DNA from: a virus
IMG/VR virus record: IMGVR_UViG_3300009826_001423
Coordinates: 4,198-68,197 of that record
Strand: one strand, 5' to 3'
Length of the DNA: 64,000 bases
Shown here: positions 1-9,267 of the stretch, one piece after another
How the letters are laid out: every line of letters starts with the position of its first letter
Position numbering within the stretch: position 1 is the stretch's first letter
Made by a program: the position numbers and the translations under genes
The notes under the pieces: generated by a model
Databases searched by the model: none
Seen by the model: the letters and a program-made list of their open reading frames with translations, nothing else
What the model was told of the DNA's origin: nothing

Positions 1-95
1 GTGATAGCTTGGCTTCGAGGCGTGTTACGGTGAGGTGACAGTTTCTGGATTATCGCCAAAACGCTGTTTGTGATGTTTTTCAGCCAATCAGCCAT
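1..95 (-). CDS. Endolysin (N-acetylmuramoyl-L-alanine amidase type), 5' part only
   Basis: Own translation MADWLKNITNSVLAIIQKLSPHRNTPRSQAI resembles the 'SPNRNSPRNHKID' start of Firmicutes phage amidases. RBS GAAGGGGG; follows holin-like genes; runs off the window. Confidence 0.6.
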   Translation of the reverse strand, partial: MADWLKNITNSVLAIIQKLSPHRNTPRSQAI

Positions 96-207
96 TTGCA
101 CTTCCCCCTTCCCCGCACCCTTCGCACAGTTCCTTGTACATTTCTGGGTGACTCTCTTGGGTTATTTCGTCTGCGTCATTGATTACCGGCAATTCATCAT
201 TAAGCAT
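88..207 (-). CDS. Small hypothetical protein (39 aa)
   Basis: RBS GAGAGGAG then ATG (MLNDELPVIN...); overlaps the endolysin start. Confidence 0.3.
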   Translation of the reverse strand: MLNDELPVINDADEITQESHPEMYKELCEGCGEGGSANG

Positions 208-210
208 AAG

Positions 211-639
211 TCAGTCTCCTCTCTTTGTGACAACAGTGCATTTTGGCACTCCATTTTTCATGATGTAGCGTTCTAATCTTTTAATTGCACGTTTTCTTTG
301 TGCGGCCACCTTTAGTTCATTCGGGACGTAACCCGCACCCCATAACTCTCTATCTGTAAGTTTGCGGATAATAATGTCAACCAAAAATTCTGTATACATG
401 CACGACATATCTAATGACGCACAAATTTTACGAATTTCTGATTCTGTTAAATCATACGCATTCGGGGGTTTGGGTTTTGGCTTCGGCTTGCGCTTCTCAC
501 GCAATACTAATAAAAACCAAATTACACACGCCGCATACAAAACAAATACCCCTGTATACCCACAGATATAAGCGGTTGCGGAATAAAGTACGATTATGCA
601 AAATATAAAAACAACGTCTTTTATCCGCCTTTTTTTCAT
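211..639 (-). CDS. Hypothetical membrane protein in the lysis region
   Basis: ORF 211..690, likely start at MKKRRIK; two hydrophobic segments followed by KPKPKPKPP. Confidence 0.5.
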   Translation of the reverse strand: MKKRRIKDVVFIFCIIVLYSATAYICGYTGVFVLYAACVIWFLLVLREKRKPKPKPKPPNAYDLTESEIRKICASLDMSCMYTEFLVDIIIRKLTDRELWGAGYVPNELKVAAQRKRAIKRLERYIMKNGVPKCTVVTKRGD

Positions 640-646
640 ATTTTTC

Positions 647-1024
647 TTAAGTTGGAAATTTGGCAAGTATTGTTTGTATATTTCCATCATGCTTGCCAGC
701 TTGACTATTGAGAGTTGTTATTTGTTTTTCAAGAAAATCAGTCTTGCTTTCAAGAGCGATAATTCTCTTGGTGTTGTCGCTAACGTCAGTTTTTATTTCT
801 CGTAAATGCGTGTTGGTTTCGTCAGCTTTTTCACCCAAAGACTCTATTTTATTGCCTACACGCTCTTGCCATACAGCCTGCGCCTCGTCTTTGCTCTTTT
901 GTTCTTTTTCCTTGACATCATCTTTTTCTTTGTCAGACCTGCGCCACGAGGCTAACTTGTAAAATATTGTTACAAGCCCTACAGCTATGGTTACGACTGC
1001 TCCTACTACATATAGCACTTCCAT
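647..1024 (-). CDS. Single-TM coiled-coil protein (holin/XhlA-like, lysis cassette)
   Basis: N-terminal hydrophobic helix, coiled-coil C-terminus, position in the lysis region. Confidence 0.5.
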   Translation of the reverse strand: MEVLYVVGAVVTIAVGLVTIFYKLASWRRSDKEKDDVKEKEQKSKDEAQAVWQERVGNKIESLGEKADETNTHLREIKTDVSDNTKRIIALESKTDFLEKQITTLNSQAGKHDGNIQTILAKFPT

Positions 1025-1055
1025 GTTATGTCTCCTTTCTGCCTAATATTTGCAC

Positions 1056-1334
1056 TCATTTTTGAATTTTCGCTCGGTTTTCATAGGCGGCCTTGCCCAT
1101 GTAGCTTACGATTCCTGCAATGAATGGCCAAACAAAGAATTCAGCGATTTCTCGCGGCCAGTCACCGATTAGAAACCATGATAACACCGAAGCGATGTAC
1201 GCCAGCCCGATAAAAATTAAAGCCCCCAAGATGAGTTTCTTGGAGAACTCCATGCGTGGTGGGTGCCGCACCCGTCGTTCATCCAAGGCGTTCAAAGTTT
1301 CAATAACTGCCTTCTTTACTTCAAATGACTCCAT
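1056..1334 (-). CDS. Putative holin
   Basis: RBS AGGGAGG before MESFEV; two TM segments; MEFSKKLIL...YMGKAAYENRAKI pattern typical of Firmicutes phage holin-like proteins. Confidence 0.6.
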   Translation of the reverse strand: MESFEVKKAVIETLNALDERRVRHPPRMEFSKKLILGALIFIGLAYIASVLSWFLIGDWPREIAEFFVWPFIAGIVSYMGKAAYENRAKIQK

Positions 1335-1451
1335 GACATCCTCCCTTCTGCATGAAAATAAAAAAAGACAGCCTATGCCGTCTTGATTCTTAATATATAT
1401 ACAATCCCCCAAAAGACAACAGCAGCTAGTGATGGTTACACGGTGCTACAG

Positions 1452-1688
1452 TTATACGTCTTTACTATCTTTGTCCTGTGGCGGATTGGGTACTCGCTCC
1501 AACAAATCAGTAATATCACAATCAAGAGCCTCGCATATGGCATCCAAATCTTGAAAGGATATGCCAGCGGCTATGTCGTTATACAGGTCGCTAATTGTAT
1601 TCTTGCGAATGAGCGTTTTACTGTGGAGATCAGCTTGCTTCTTGACTTTCTTTTTTGCCATTACAACGGCAAGGTTGCATTTTATCAT
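1452..1688 (-). CDS. Xre/Cro-C1 family HTH regulator directly downstream of the DGR RT
   Basis: TISDLYND...ISFQDLDAICEALDCDITDLLE is an HTH_26-like pattern; RBS AAGGGGG. Confidence 0.85.
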   Translation of the reverse strand: MIKCNLAVVMAKKKVKKQADLHSKTLIRKNTISDLYNDIAAGISFQDLDAICEALDCDITDLLERVPNPPQDKDSKDV

Positions 1689-1833
1689 ATATAAATTCCC
1701 CCTTCGGGTAGTAAGCTACAAATGCTCTTAGGGGAATTGTATCGGATACAAATGCAGAAAAATACCTGTTTTGATACAACGAAACGATATTCGATACGTT
1801 GTACCAAAATTCGTTACATTATATCGGTATGTG

Positions 1834-2925
1834 CTATGACTTGTTCTCGTCATTCCTCCTGCTTAGAACAAAATCATCCAGTATTTTACGTTTTAGCCGT
1901 AAACTATCACAGTGTTTCAGCAATCCGAAATATGACTGCATTGTGGCATTGGCTTTATCAAAGTCTATTTCACCATCGGCATACTGTTTTTGAATGTGCT
2001 TCATTCGCCGCTTCATTTTTCGTGCAGATGATTTTCTAAGTTTAATATGGGTAGACCACACTTTATAACCTAAGAAATCAATCCCCAACGTTACAGGGCG
2101 AATGCAGGTTTTATTGTTGAGGTTAAGCCGTAACTTCTCTCCAAGAAAAACCGTTATTAAGTCTTTATACTGGTGAAGTAGCTCCTTGCTGTCGGATAGG
2201 ATTACAATATCGTCCATGTAGCGGATATAGTGGCGTATTTGCAACACACGTTTGCAATATTGGTCTAACTCGTTGAGATATACATTGGCAAACATCTGGC
2301 TTGTCAAATTGCCGATGGGCATACCCTTATCGAAAAGGCGTTCATCTGTTTCATGTGCTGAAAACCCAATGGGTAGTCCGAAGCCTGTATCTTCCGAGTT
2401 TACTATTTTATCAAGTAGCCACATGGTGTCTGGGTCATCAATCATACGCCCCATGATATCCAAAAGAATCTCATGGTCTACTCTGTAAAAATATTTAGAA
2501 ATATCCAGCTTAAGAAAATATACTTTCTTATCGCTCTTACTCAATTTTCGTAGCCAATATTTCAATCTCTTTATTGCTTGCTGTGAACCTCGCCCTTCAA
2601 TACACCCATAACTGTCGGATATATAACCCTTACTATATATCGGATTAAGGATATGATATACAGCCCATTGGACAACACGGTCACGAAATGGCAGAGCCAT
2701 TATCAAGCGTTTCTTAGGGTCATACACGTAAAACTGGCGGTACTTGCCAATTTCATATGTCTTATGGATAAGGTGATTTTGGGTGTCAATCAAGTTTTCT
2801 TCCAAGTTAGCTGTATATGTGAGAACCTCGCCGCTATATCGCCGCCCATACTTTGACTTGTTATACGAAAAAAGAAGGGTTTCAAAATCATATATTTGTT
2901 GGTATAAATTTTTTAACCTCTTCAT
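1834..2925 (-). CDS. DGR reverse transcriptase
   Basis: RT motifs ALPFRDRVVQ, GMPIGNLTSQ and YIRYMDD; adjacent to TR and avd. Confidence 0.97.
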   Translation of the reverse strand: MKRLKNLYQQIYDFETLLFSYNKSKYGRRYSGEVLTYTANLEENLIDTQNHLIHKTYEIGKYRQFYVYDPKKRLIMALPFRDRVVQWAVYHILNPIYSKGYISDSYGCIEGRGSQQAIKRLKYWLRKLSKSDKKVYFLKLDISKYFYRVDHEILLDIMGRMIDDPDTMWLLDKIVNSEDTGFGLPIGFSAHETDERLFDKGMPIGNLTSQMFANVYLNELDQYCKRVLQIRHYIRYMDDIVILSDSKELLHQYKDLITVFLGEKLRLNLNNKTCIRPVTLGIDFLGYKVWSTHIKLRKSSARKMKRRMKHIQKQYADGEIDFDKANATMQSYFGLLKHCDSLRLKRKILDDFVLSRRNDENKS

Positions 2926-3176
2926 GCGACCAGCCTCTCATTCAGTATCTTTGCCATGCCTTGTGCTTGTTTTTGCGTTCTGTACAAATAGAATCTGGAT
3001 ACAGTGTATTCGTGTTCGGTGTACTCTTCCAAATCTAAAGCCGCAAATTTGACCATAAATTGGAAGGGTAAAATTAAGCCTTTGCGATACTCCACCATAA
3101 CAGGCATGGCAACAAATGATTCCCATAGGTCTGTAACATACCAATATAAACCGCCTTGGCGCGGAAATAACACCAT
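2922..3176 (-). CDS. 84-aa hypothetical protein between TR and RT, stop overlapping the RT start (ATGA)
   Basis: AAGGGG RBS-like sequence; 4-nt overlap with the RT start. Confidence 0.5.
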   Translation of the reverse strand: MVLFPRQGGLYWYVTDLWESFVAMPVMVEYRKGLILPFQFMVKFAALDLEEYTEHEYTVSRFYLYRTQKQAQGMAKILNERLVA

Positions 3177-3362
3177 GCCCCTGCCCCTTTTCTAAAAAAA
3201 TGCTGCGCTTTGCGAAGTTCGGTTAAATACCTATTGTTGGCATACGCAGCTACATAGATTTTTTGCCTTCGGCATGTCACCGGGGCAAGGAAACAAATCC
3301 CTTTAACTGTCCGTGTACTGGAAGTAAACCCAGTAGGTTTACGACTTCTGACTTTACAGACA

Positions 3363-3478
3363 AAGCGAAGCGAGAGCCGTTGTTCGCATTAACGTTCCAG
3401 AGCCCGTTGTTCGTCGCGTTCAAAGCACGGCACCCAGCCCGCGCACCATTATTCCACCTGGCACCGGCAAGCAGAGCC
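3363..3478 (-). repeat. DGR template repeat (TR), 116 bp
   Basis: Ungapped match to 4020..4135; all 13 differences are A in TR (- strand); 9 AAY codons. Confidence 0.97.
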
Positions 3479-3491
3479 AATGACCTGTTCC

Positions 3492-3833
3492 CTATGATTT
3501 ATCGGCTTGGGATTTTATCCAGCCGCCAATCATCTTACCAATCTCAACATTCATTGCAGTCCAATGTTCATATTTTTTGGTCTGCAAGAAGCCGAGTTCA
3601 TGTGCAATTCGGGTATAAACCCGAACCTTTGCAAGAGTCACATCAAGATTTTGTAACGTTGATTTCTTGTAATATTTTTTTTGGGCTTCAACTTCCAATT
3701 CCAGAAGCTGATCCAGACACCGCTTAATATCTGCGGCCATTGCATATTTTTCAGATTTGGGGAATTGTGCAAGGGCTAAGTATGCGTACTTAATCATATC
3801 AATAGTTTTTTGAATGACCTTCATCTCGTCCAT
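3492..3833 (-). CDS. avd: DGR accessory variability determinant (four-helix bundle)
   Basis: FPKSEKYAMAADIK and EIGKMIGGW motifs; start probably MDEMKVIQK (the ORF extends to 3890). Confidence 0.93.
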   Translation of the reverse strand: MDEMKVIQKTIDMIKYAYLALAQFPKSEKYAMAADIKRCLDQLLELEVEAQKKYYKKSTLQNLDVTLAKVRVYTRIAHELGFLQTKKYEHWTAMNVEIGKMIGGWIKSQADKS

Positions 3834-3894
3834 GCTTTGCACAACGCCCCTTTCCAGAAAAGTATAATCCGTTATAAAAGCGTTTGCCATAGGC

Positions 3895-3913
3895 TTTGAT
3901 ACAACGTATCAAA
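3895..3913. promoter_or_regulatory. Perfect palindrome TTTGATAC-AAC-GTATCAAA upstream of avd (candidate operator)
   Basis: 8-bp inverted repeat; a related 34-bp copy lies at 1793..1826 upstream of the HTH gene. Confidence 0.55.
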
Positions 3914-3966
3914 ATCCGTTATTTTGTATCGAAATACGATACGAAAAAGCCCAAAAAATTTTACCC

Positions 3967-3982
3967 CCGTGCTATCGCACGG
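3967..3982 (-). other. DGR target-recognition hairpin CCGTGC-GATA-GCACGG
   Basis: 6-bp GC-rich stem with a GRNA-type loop about 24 nt downstream of the target stop codon, as in phage DGRs. Confidence 0.8.
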
Positions 3983-4005
3983 TGGTGCAGGGAACAGGAA
4001 GCAGA

Positions 4006-5334
4006 TTACAGGGAATCACAAGCGAAGCGAGAGCCGCGGGTCGCAAGAACGCGCCAGAGCCCGTTGTACGTCGCGTGCAAAGCACGGCACCCAGCCCGCG
4101 CACCAGCAGCCCACCTGGCACCGGCAAGCAGAGCCGTCATTTGCAAATCGTAACATTGCCACACACCGCCGTTGTCGGGATTTCCACCAACAGTATCACC
4201 CAATGGGGAAACCGGATCCCATGCGTACCAACCAGCAACCGGGGCATTGTTTGTATTTACAGTACGAGTGATTTGTCCATGACCTGTACCAGTAGCCGGG
4301 GCTTCTAACCCTGCACGACCACCATCCCATGTTGCAAAGACAAAGGGATTCACAGCAGGATCAGTAGAGCCACGGAATACACGACCGCCATCCGCATTCT
4401 TCATAATTTGGTCTAACCACTCCCATAGGTTACCCACACAGTCCACACAACCGATTGAAGAAACAGCATGTAGTTTCGCATCTGTTCCTGTGGCATTACC
4501 AGTGGCGTTTGTTGCACCAGTAAGGGAACGGCCTGTGTTTGTAGTCTGCGTCCATGCGTGAAGGTTATCGGCATCATTACCTTGGGGAGAACCGTAAGCA
4601 GAACGAAGCCAAAGGTTGTATGACAGCATCTTCTTACCAACCTTTAACGCAAGATCAGCAAATGATAAATAATTATGACCTTCCGTGCCGCTTAAAGGCA
4701 TTACACCATGAGCAGATACACCTCCGGGACCTACTAAATAAATATCTACCCAGTCACCACCGCCAGCGTATACCATGCCCTCCGGGTCACCGGGGCGTTT
4801 TGGACGATGCTTAAGCGTCCATACACTTCGGGGAACTATACCGTTATAGGTGTTGATTTCCCACCCTGCGCCGTAAACCACCCCAGCAGAGTTTATCGGT
4901 TCAAGGTTGCTGTTTATCCTGCGGCAACGACCGAAGTGAAAGCCTCCTATTTTGCGGGAGTTATTTGCAGTAAAGCCCGATGGGAAGGTGGAGTTTAAGG
5001 ATATTCGATACGTTGGTGAACCGCTTCCACCGGATACCGCCGCATCACATAGGTATACATAGTAGTCGCGCCCAAGTTCAAACACAGAACCTACGTCAAG
5101 TTGTGCAGCCCCTATATTCGTGGAAAGTGTACGGTATACTAAATCACCTACACGGAGAACAACGCCACCTTCAATACTAAGCTGATTACCGTTTGCCGCA
5201 GTGCCAGAAGAAAGTGTTGCCCTCAAATATTCATTAACAGGAGCGGCAATATCCGCACATGCTGCTATTCTTGCCGCAGTTATAAGAGATAAAGGGTCTT
5301 CTGCGGGGCCATCTCTGAATAATAGTTCAGCCAT
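4006..5334 (-). CDS. DGR target: Mtd-like receptor-binding/tail-fibre protein with C-terminal C-type-lectin (FGE-type) fold
   Basis: VR at the extreme 3' end; GFHFG, PEGMVY, WVDIYL, DCVGNLWEW and GSRFACD motifs; last gene of the tail module. Confidence 0.9.
   Translation of the reverse strand: MAELLFRDGPAEDPLSLITAARIAACADIAAPVNEYLRATLSSGTAANGNQLSIEGGVVLRVGDLVYRTLSTNIGAAQLDVGSVFELGRDYYVYLCDAAVSGGSGSPTYRISLNSTFPSGFTANNSRKIGGFHFGRCRRINSNLEPINSAGVVYGAGWEINTYNGIVPRSVWTLKHRPKRPGDPEGMVYAGGGDWVDIYLVGPGGVSAHGVMPLSGTEGHNYLSFADLALKVGKKMLSYNLWLRSAYGSPQGNDADNLHAWTQTTNTGRSLTGATNATGNATGTDAKLHAVSSIGCVDCVGNLWEWLDQIMKNADGGRVFRGSTDPAVNPFVFATWDGGRAGLEAPATGTGHGQITRTVNTNNAPVAGWYAWDPVSPLGDTVGGNPDNGGVWQCYDLQMTALLAGARWAAGARAGCRALHATYNGLWRVLATRGSRFACDSL
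4020..4135 (-). repeat. DGR variable repeat (VR)
   Basis: See TR; 8 of the 9 TR Asn codons are changed (to A, A, H, Y, R, L, T, R). Confidence 0.97.
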
Positions 5335-5814
5335 TTATGCCACCTCCGTTGGTAATGAGTTTTGCAAAGTTTCACGAATGGAGCGTACCTCTTCCATATT
5401 GAACCCGTTATAAACCAAGCAATTACATGAGTTTTGGATGTGTATAAATTTCTCACCCTCCGGCCATGCGGCTGACAAAGTAATTTTGGTGCAGGTCGGG
5501 CTTTCGCTTTCCTCACCCTCGTCACCCATCACATCATCTGGTGGAGTGAAATGTTCAACAGCGGTAACAGTCATACCGTTGTTTGTTTCGCCGCCAACTT
5601 CAACCTCATGGAAAAAGCGTGTAGTAACAGTTGCGCCGTCAATTTTGATAACTGGAACATGGAAAAACTGCTGGTCACACAGGAAGTCTATTTTTTCAAT
5701 CAAGAGTTCTGTGTCGATTTTGCCGTTCGTCGCTTGCCATGTGGCATCTTGCCACAGTTCATGTAGATTTCTTAAATCCTGCGGCGTTTGAATTTTTGAG
5801 GGTAATCCTCTCAT
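5335..5814 (-). CDS. Hypothetical tail-fibre-associated protein
   Basis: ORF abutting the target gene; RBS AAGGGAG. Confidence 0.6.
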   Translation of the reverse strand: MRGLPSKIQTPQDLRNLHELWQDATWQATNGKIDTELLIEKIDFLCDQQFFHVPVIKIDGATVTTRFFHEVEVGGETNNGMTVTAVEHFTPPDDVMGDEGEESESPTCTKITLSAAWPEGEKFIHIQNSCNCLVYNGFNMEEVRSIRETLQNSLPTEVA

Positions 5815-5835
5815 AATTTTTTATCTCCCTTCAAA

Positions 5836-6549
5836 TTATAATGTGCCGAATCGGGCTGAACCAAAACGAGCAGTACCAAAAACGGCACTGTTTCTATTAC
5901 CGCCTACGCTAACCTGCATCCAGTTATAGCCGTCATAAATCTCTAACGTTCCAGCGTCTTCGTTAAAACGGATTTTATGTGGCTCGTTTGCAAACACCGT
6001 TTCATCAATGTGGGCGTTAAACATCTGCGCCAACTCACGGATTGCTTCTTGTAGATTTTCAGCCATAAGCCCAGTACCAGTATTGATAAATGTGATTTCC
6101 GATGCAAAAGCTGACGCTACTATAGTTGCGGTAATATTCGTGGCATTTGCAGTAAAAACACGCACTGTAAAACGTTCTTCCTGTAGCCATACACCGTTGA
6201 ATTGCCCCATGGGGCTTGCGTTATCCCCGGCATTAGCATAAGCAAAGAGAATGCTTCCAAGGTCTGGATCATCTGCTCTTATGCCAAATTCTCTAAACTC
6301 CATAAAAGCCGTAAGATTTTGATTTGTGATGATGCATTCCAACTCCGTAAATGTTCCCATTTCCCGCACATCAACAATGCGACCGTCAAGTCTATGGCTC
6401 ACCAATTCGGTTAAGTCCATGACATCACCATCAAACTCGCCGTCACCGGCCTGCACAATGTCGAAGTTAAAGTTTGTTTCCCCTGCCAGCACCTTTGCAA
6501 TTAGGGCATGGCCTTGGGCGGTTACTTTTGTTGCGCTAAATATAGCCAT
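5836..6549 (-). CDS. Tail fibre/collar protein (baseplate-attachment domain)
   Basis: VTAQGHALIAK and FREFGIRADDPDLGSILFAYAN are typical of P2-like tail-collar N-termini. Confidence 0.75.
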   Translation of the reverse strand: MAIFSATKVTAQGHALIAKVLAGETNFNFDIVQAGDGEFDGDVMDLTELVSHRLDGRIVDVREMGTFTELECIITNQNLTAFMEFREFGIRADDPDLGSILFAYANAGDNASPMGQFNGVWLQEERFTVRVFTANATNITATIVASAFASEITFINTGTGLMAENLQEAIRELAQMFNAHIDETVFANEPHKIRFNEDAGTLEIYDGYNWMQVSVGGNRNSAVFGTARFGSARFGTL

Positions 6550-7375
6550 TTTCCACCTCCTCCGAGTTTATAAATGTTTTTGAAATATGCCGATGCGACA
6601 TCCCGGTACTGATTTGGGTATTAGGCACATAAGTAGTCACACCTTCACCATCTACGGTAAAATGTCTGGTTTGCCTTCCCGCAAATCCAACGAATGTATC
6701 TAGTGGTTCAGTTTGAGATTTATCTGGGTATGTGCCGATTACTTCAAACTTTGTAGTATGCCTTCCTACAATGCCAAAGTGCGTAGTGATGTCATCAACC
6801 TTACTTTCTGGTGCATATCCATCAATCTCAAAATGGCGAGTGTGCTTTCCTGCCATACCGACATAGATAGTTCCTTCGGCTTCCCGATGGAATGTTATGC
6901 CCTCCAACCAGCTACGTTCGTTTTTCAACTCGTATATGGCACGAATCAGGTCGTTATACTGCTCTTTCTCTCTAAGGGAATCCCAAGAAACAAGGCGAAA
7001 GAAGTATGGTTCACCATCGTACTCAAACCATTCTTCGATATAGAAGTTTTCAAAAAATAGCGTTCGAATCATGCTTTCAAGAGCGTATTTCGTGCCTTTA
7101 TATCTGTGCCATATCAGCGAATTTTTAACTAAGGCTCGTTTTCGGTCGAGGTCAAGCCCTAATGGTTCATAGAAATCAACGTGCAATTGCCACGCAAGCA
7201 GGTCAACAATTTCCTCCGGCAACTCGTCAATTCGAGTCATAATAAGGGCTTCACTGATAGCTTTGGTTATTTGTTGTAATTCGGGGTTTATGGCATTAAA
7301 AAAGGCCAGCACATCAGGTATCTTGATGCTATCTGGCGCAATATCTTCTAGCCGAAGATTTTCTAAGTTAATCAT
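6536..7375 (-). CDS. Phage tail protein I (P2 gpI-like)
   Basis: IDELPEEIVDLLAWQLHVDFY; HRYKGTKYAL; EEWFEYDGEPYFF. Confidence 0.9.
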   Translation of the reverse strand: MINLENLRLEDIAPDSIKIPDVLAFFNAINPELQQITKAISEALIMTRIDELPEEIVDLLAWQLHVDFYEPLGLDLDRKRALVKNSLIWHRYKGTKYALESMIRTLFFENFYIEEWFEYDGEPYFFRLVSWDSLREKEQYNDLIRAIYELKNERSWLEGITFHREAEGTIYVGMAGKHTRHFEIDGYAPESKVDDITTHFGIVGRHTTKFEVIGTYPDKSQTEPLDTFVGFAGRQTRHFTVDGEGVTTYVPNTQISTGMSHRHISKTFINSEEVENGYI

Positions 7376-8510
7376 CTTCTAAGCCCCCGTATACAACCTC
7401 TATTTCGTCCTCATTTGCCACGCCGATTTCATAATATTGCAATACCTTAAACTCTGGCAGGATGTTATCCATATCGACTCGCTTTACTCCTGTAGATTTA
7501 ACCATCTCCACCAAAGTTGAAGGGGTTATATCACGACCAAGGACTGATTTTTGCCATAAAATGTAATCCTCCACGGCTTTTTCAGCACGTTCTTGTAAGA
7601 TTGTACCTATAGCTGCATTCTGTCTGGAAATATAATAGGTTAGCCTTACTGGATATCCAACAGGTTCTGGAGCGCGTGATACTACTTTGTCTGTAAGCGG
7701 CCGCCTATGGTCTGGGCTAAGTACGGCGTAAACCTCATCCAATATGGACTGGCTGGGTATTTCGCCGTTACGCAATAGCGTTACAACATCCACCACACCA
7801 GGGCTTGGGGTTTTGACTCTTACATCAACAATAAGTTGGTTTGCTGTCCTTGCCCAAAACTCATATGCCCCATATGGGCCGGCTGTGGAATAACTTTCTG
7901 GAGCCATCCTTATCCGATCACGAAACGGTTCTAAATCCTCTTCATTTGCACCGCCTTGAGTTATTGTTGTATTTCTCACGTTATAGAAGAACGGGAATGA
8001 GTCCACGATACGGTTAATTTGTCCGGGGAAAAAGCCGTTTCCAATTTCACCGACTTGGGAGCATTCGGCAGGGGCTTCAATGCTAAATTCTCCCGCTGGT
8101 ATTTCCACATCTTCTGTTGTAGCAAAATACAGGTTATTTCCCGGTGTAGCCCGTGTGCCTGCGGCAATGGTGATATTACTCGGCATTGCTTGGCTTATGG
8201 TAAATTCAAGAGTGGTTATGGCTGGCCTTGGTTCAAGCCGTGGGTTTTTGCCAAGAACTAAAGCCCCAATATGCTCTATAAAGCCATCCGAGGAAAACGC
8301 CAGTAAATTTTGCTTACCTGTAAAGTCTATTTTGCTTCTCTGTAGTGAAAGAAAATATACAACAGTCAGTAAGGCTTGCCGCCACGGGTCACCGGGGAAT
8401 AATGTTCTGCCAGTGTCTTTCTCAAATCGTGCAATAACCTCTGCCGCTATTAACTCCGTGTCTTTTTCGGCAAAATTTATGTCTGGCAGATTTTCAAGTA
8501 AGGTATTCAT
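7368..8510 (-). CDS. Baseplate J-like wedge protein
   Basis: GGANEEDLEPFRDRI, STAGPYGAYEFWA and RPLTDKV motifs. Confidence 0.92.
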   Translation of the reverse strand: MNTLLENLPDINFAEKDTELIAAEVIARFEKDTGRTLFPGDPWRQALLTVVYFLSLQRSKIDFTGKQNLLAFSSDGFIEHIGALVLGKNPRLEPRPAITTLEFTISQAMPSNITIAAGTRATPGNNLYFATTEDVEIPAGEFSIEAPAECSQVGEIGNGFFPGQINRIVDSFPFFYNVRNTTITQGGANEEDLEPFRDRIRMAPESYSTAGPYGAYEFWARTANQLIVDVRVKTPSPGVVDVVTLLRNGEIPSQSILDEVYAVLSPDHRRPLTDKVVSRAPEPVGYPVRLTYYISRQNAAIGTILQERAEKAVEDYILWQKSVLGRDITPSTLVEMVKSTGVKRVDMDNILPEFKVLQYYEIGVANEDEIEVVYGGLEDD

Positions 8511-8838
8511 CTAATATTCTCACCTTCACTCTCGGATATAATCGACCATCCATAGCTTCATCTGGTAGCGGTGCGAAGTCTACTTCTCTCACTTCTACTC
8601 TTGGCTCGTAGTCTTGGATGGTTTCCAATGCAAATATAGCGAATCGCATCATTCCCCTTGGTGAAGGATCATCTATAAAGTCGTTTGTTAGTCCAAGTTC
8701 ACGGTCAAGGGGTACTGTGCCTCGTATTGTGAGCAAAAGCATCATCACATTTTGCAGAATTTCTTCATGCACGGACTGGGGAGACATATTTATTTGGCGT
8801 AAATCAATCCCCATAAGTGTGTGAAAAATATTGTTCAT
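8494..8838 (-). CDS. Baseplate wedge protein (gp25/gpW-like)
   Basis: LLTIRGTVPLDRELG; YEPRVEV. Confidence 0.85.
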   Translation of the reverse strand: MNNIFHTLMGIDLRQINMSPQSVHEEILQNVMMLLLTIRGTVPLDRELGLTNDFIDDPSPRGMMRFAIFALETIQDYEPRVEVREVDFAPLPDEAMDGRLYPRVKVRILDEYLT

Positions 8839-8840
8839 GA

Positions 8841-9254
8841 CTACCCCCTTGCGTATTCTTCAAAGCTAACGGTTACTTCTGACCGCCTAATAAAACCAGT
8901 GTTATCTATTTGTTCTTTAGGAATGCTTAAATCGGCAATCCTCCACCTATATGTGCCAAAGGCAGTCTTTCCAATAATTATTGAAACCAAATCCCCATCT
9001 CGTTGTATGTGAATTAGCTTGTCGTACTCCGTCCGCGGGTCTACCCCATACTGTGCATCAAGTAAAATTTTGAGACTGATGTTATCAAGGCTGGGGCCAA
9101 CATATTGGCTGATGGGCTTTTTCAATAAAGTGTTGTTTGTAGCAAATCGAACGCTGTTATTTCTGATCATATCAGTAAATGTCAAGACTCTCTCAGATGA
9201 AACTTCGAAAAGAATTACATCACTGAGGCTTCTTGAGCCTATTGCACCGAGCAT
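8841..9254 (-). CDS. P2 GpU-like tail protein
   Basis: KPISQYVGPSLDNISLKILL; VSFEEY. Confidence 0.8.
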   Translation of the reverse strand: MLGAIGSRSLSDVILFEVSSERVLTFTDMIRNNSVRFATNNTLLKKPISQYVGPSLDNISLKILLDAQYGVDPRTEYDKLIHIQRDGDLVSIIIGKTAFGTYRWRIADLSIPKEQIDNTGFIRRSEVTVSFEEYARG

Positions 9255-9267
9255 AGGCGGTCACCTC

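Noticed and set aside
1834-2925. RT as a group II intron, retron or Abi RT
   Set aside because: The adjacent avd, TR/VR pair with adenine-specific mismatches and GMPIGNLTSQ motif identify a DGR; there is no maturase or endonuclease extension
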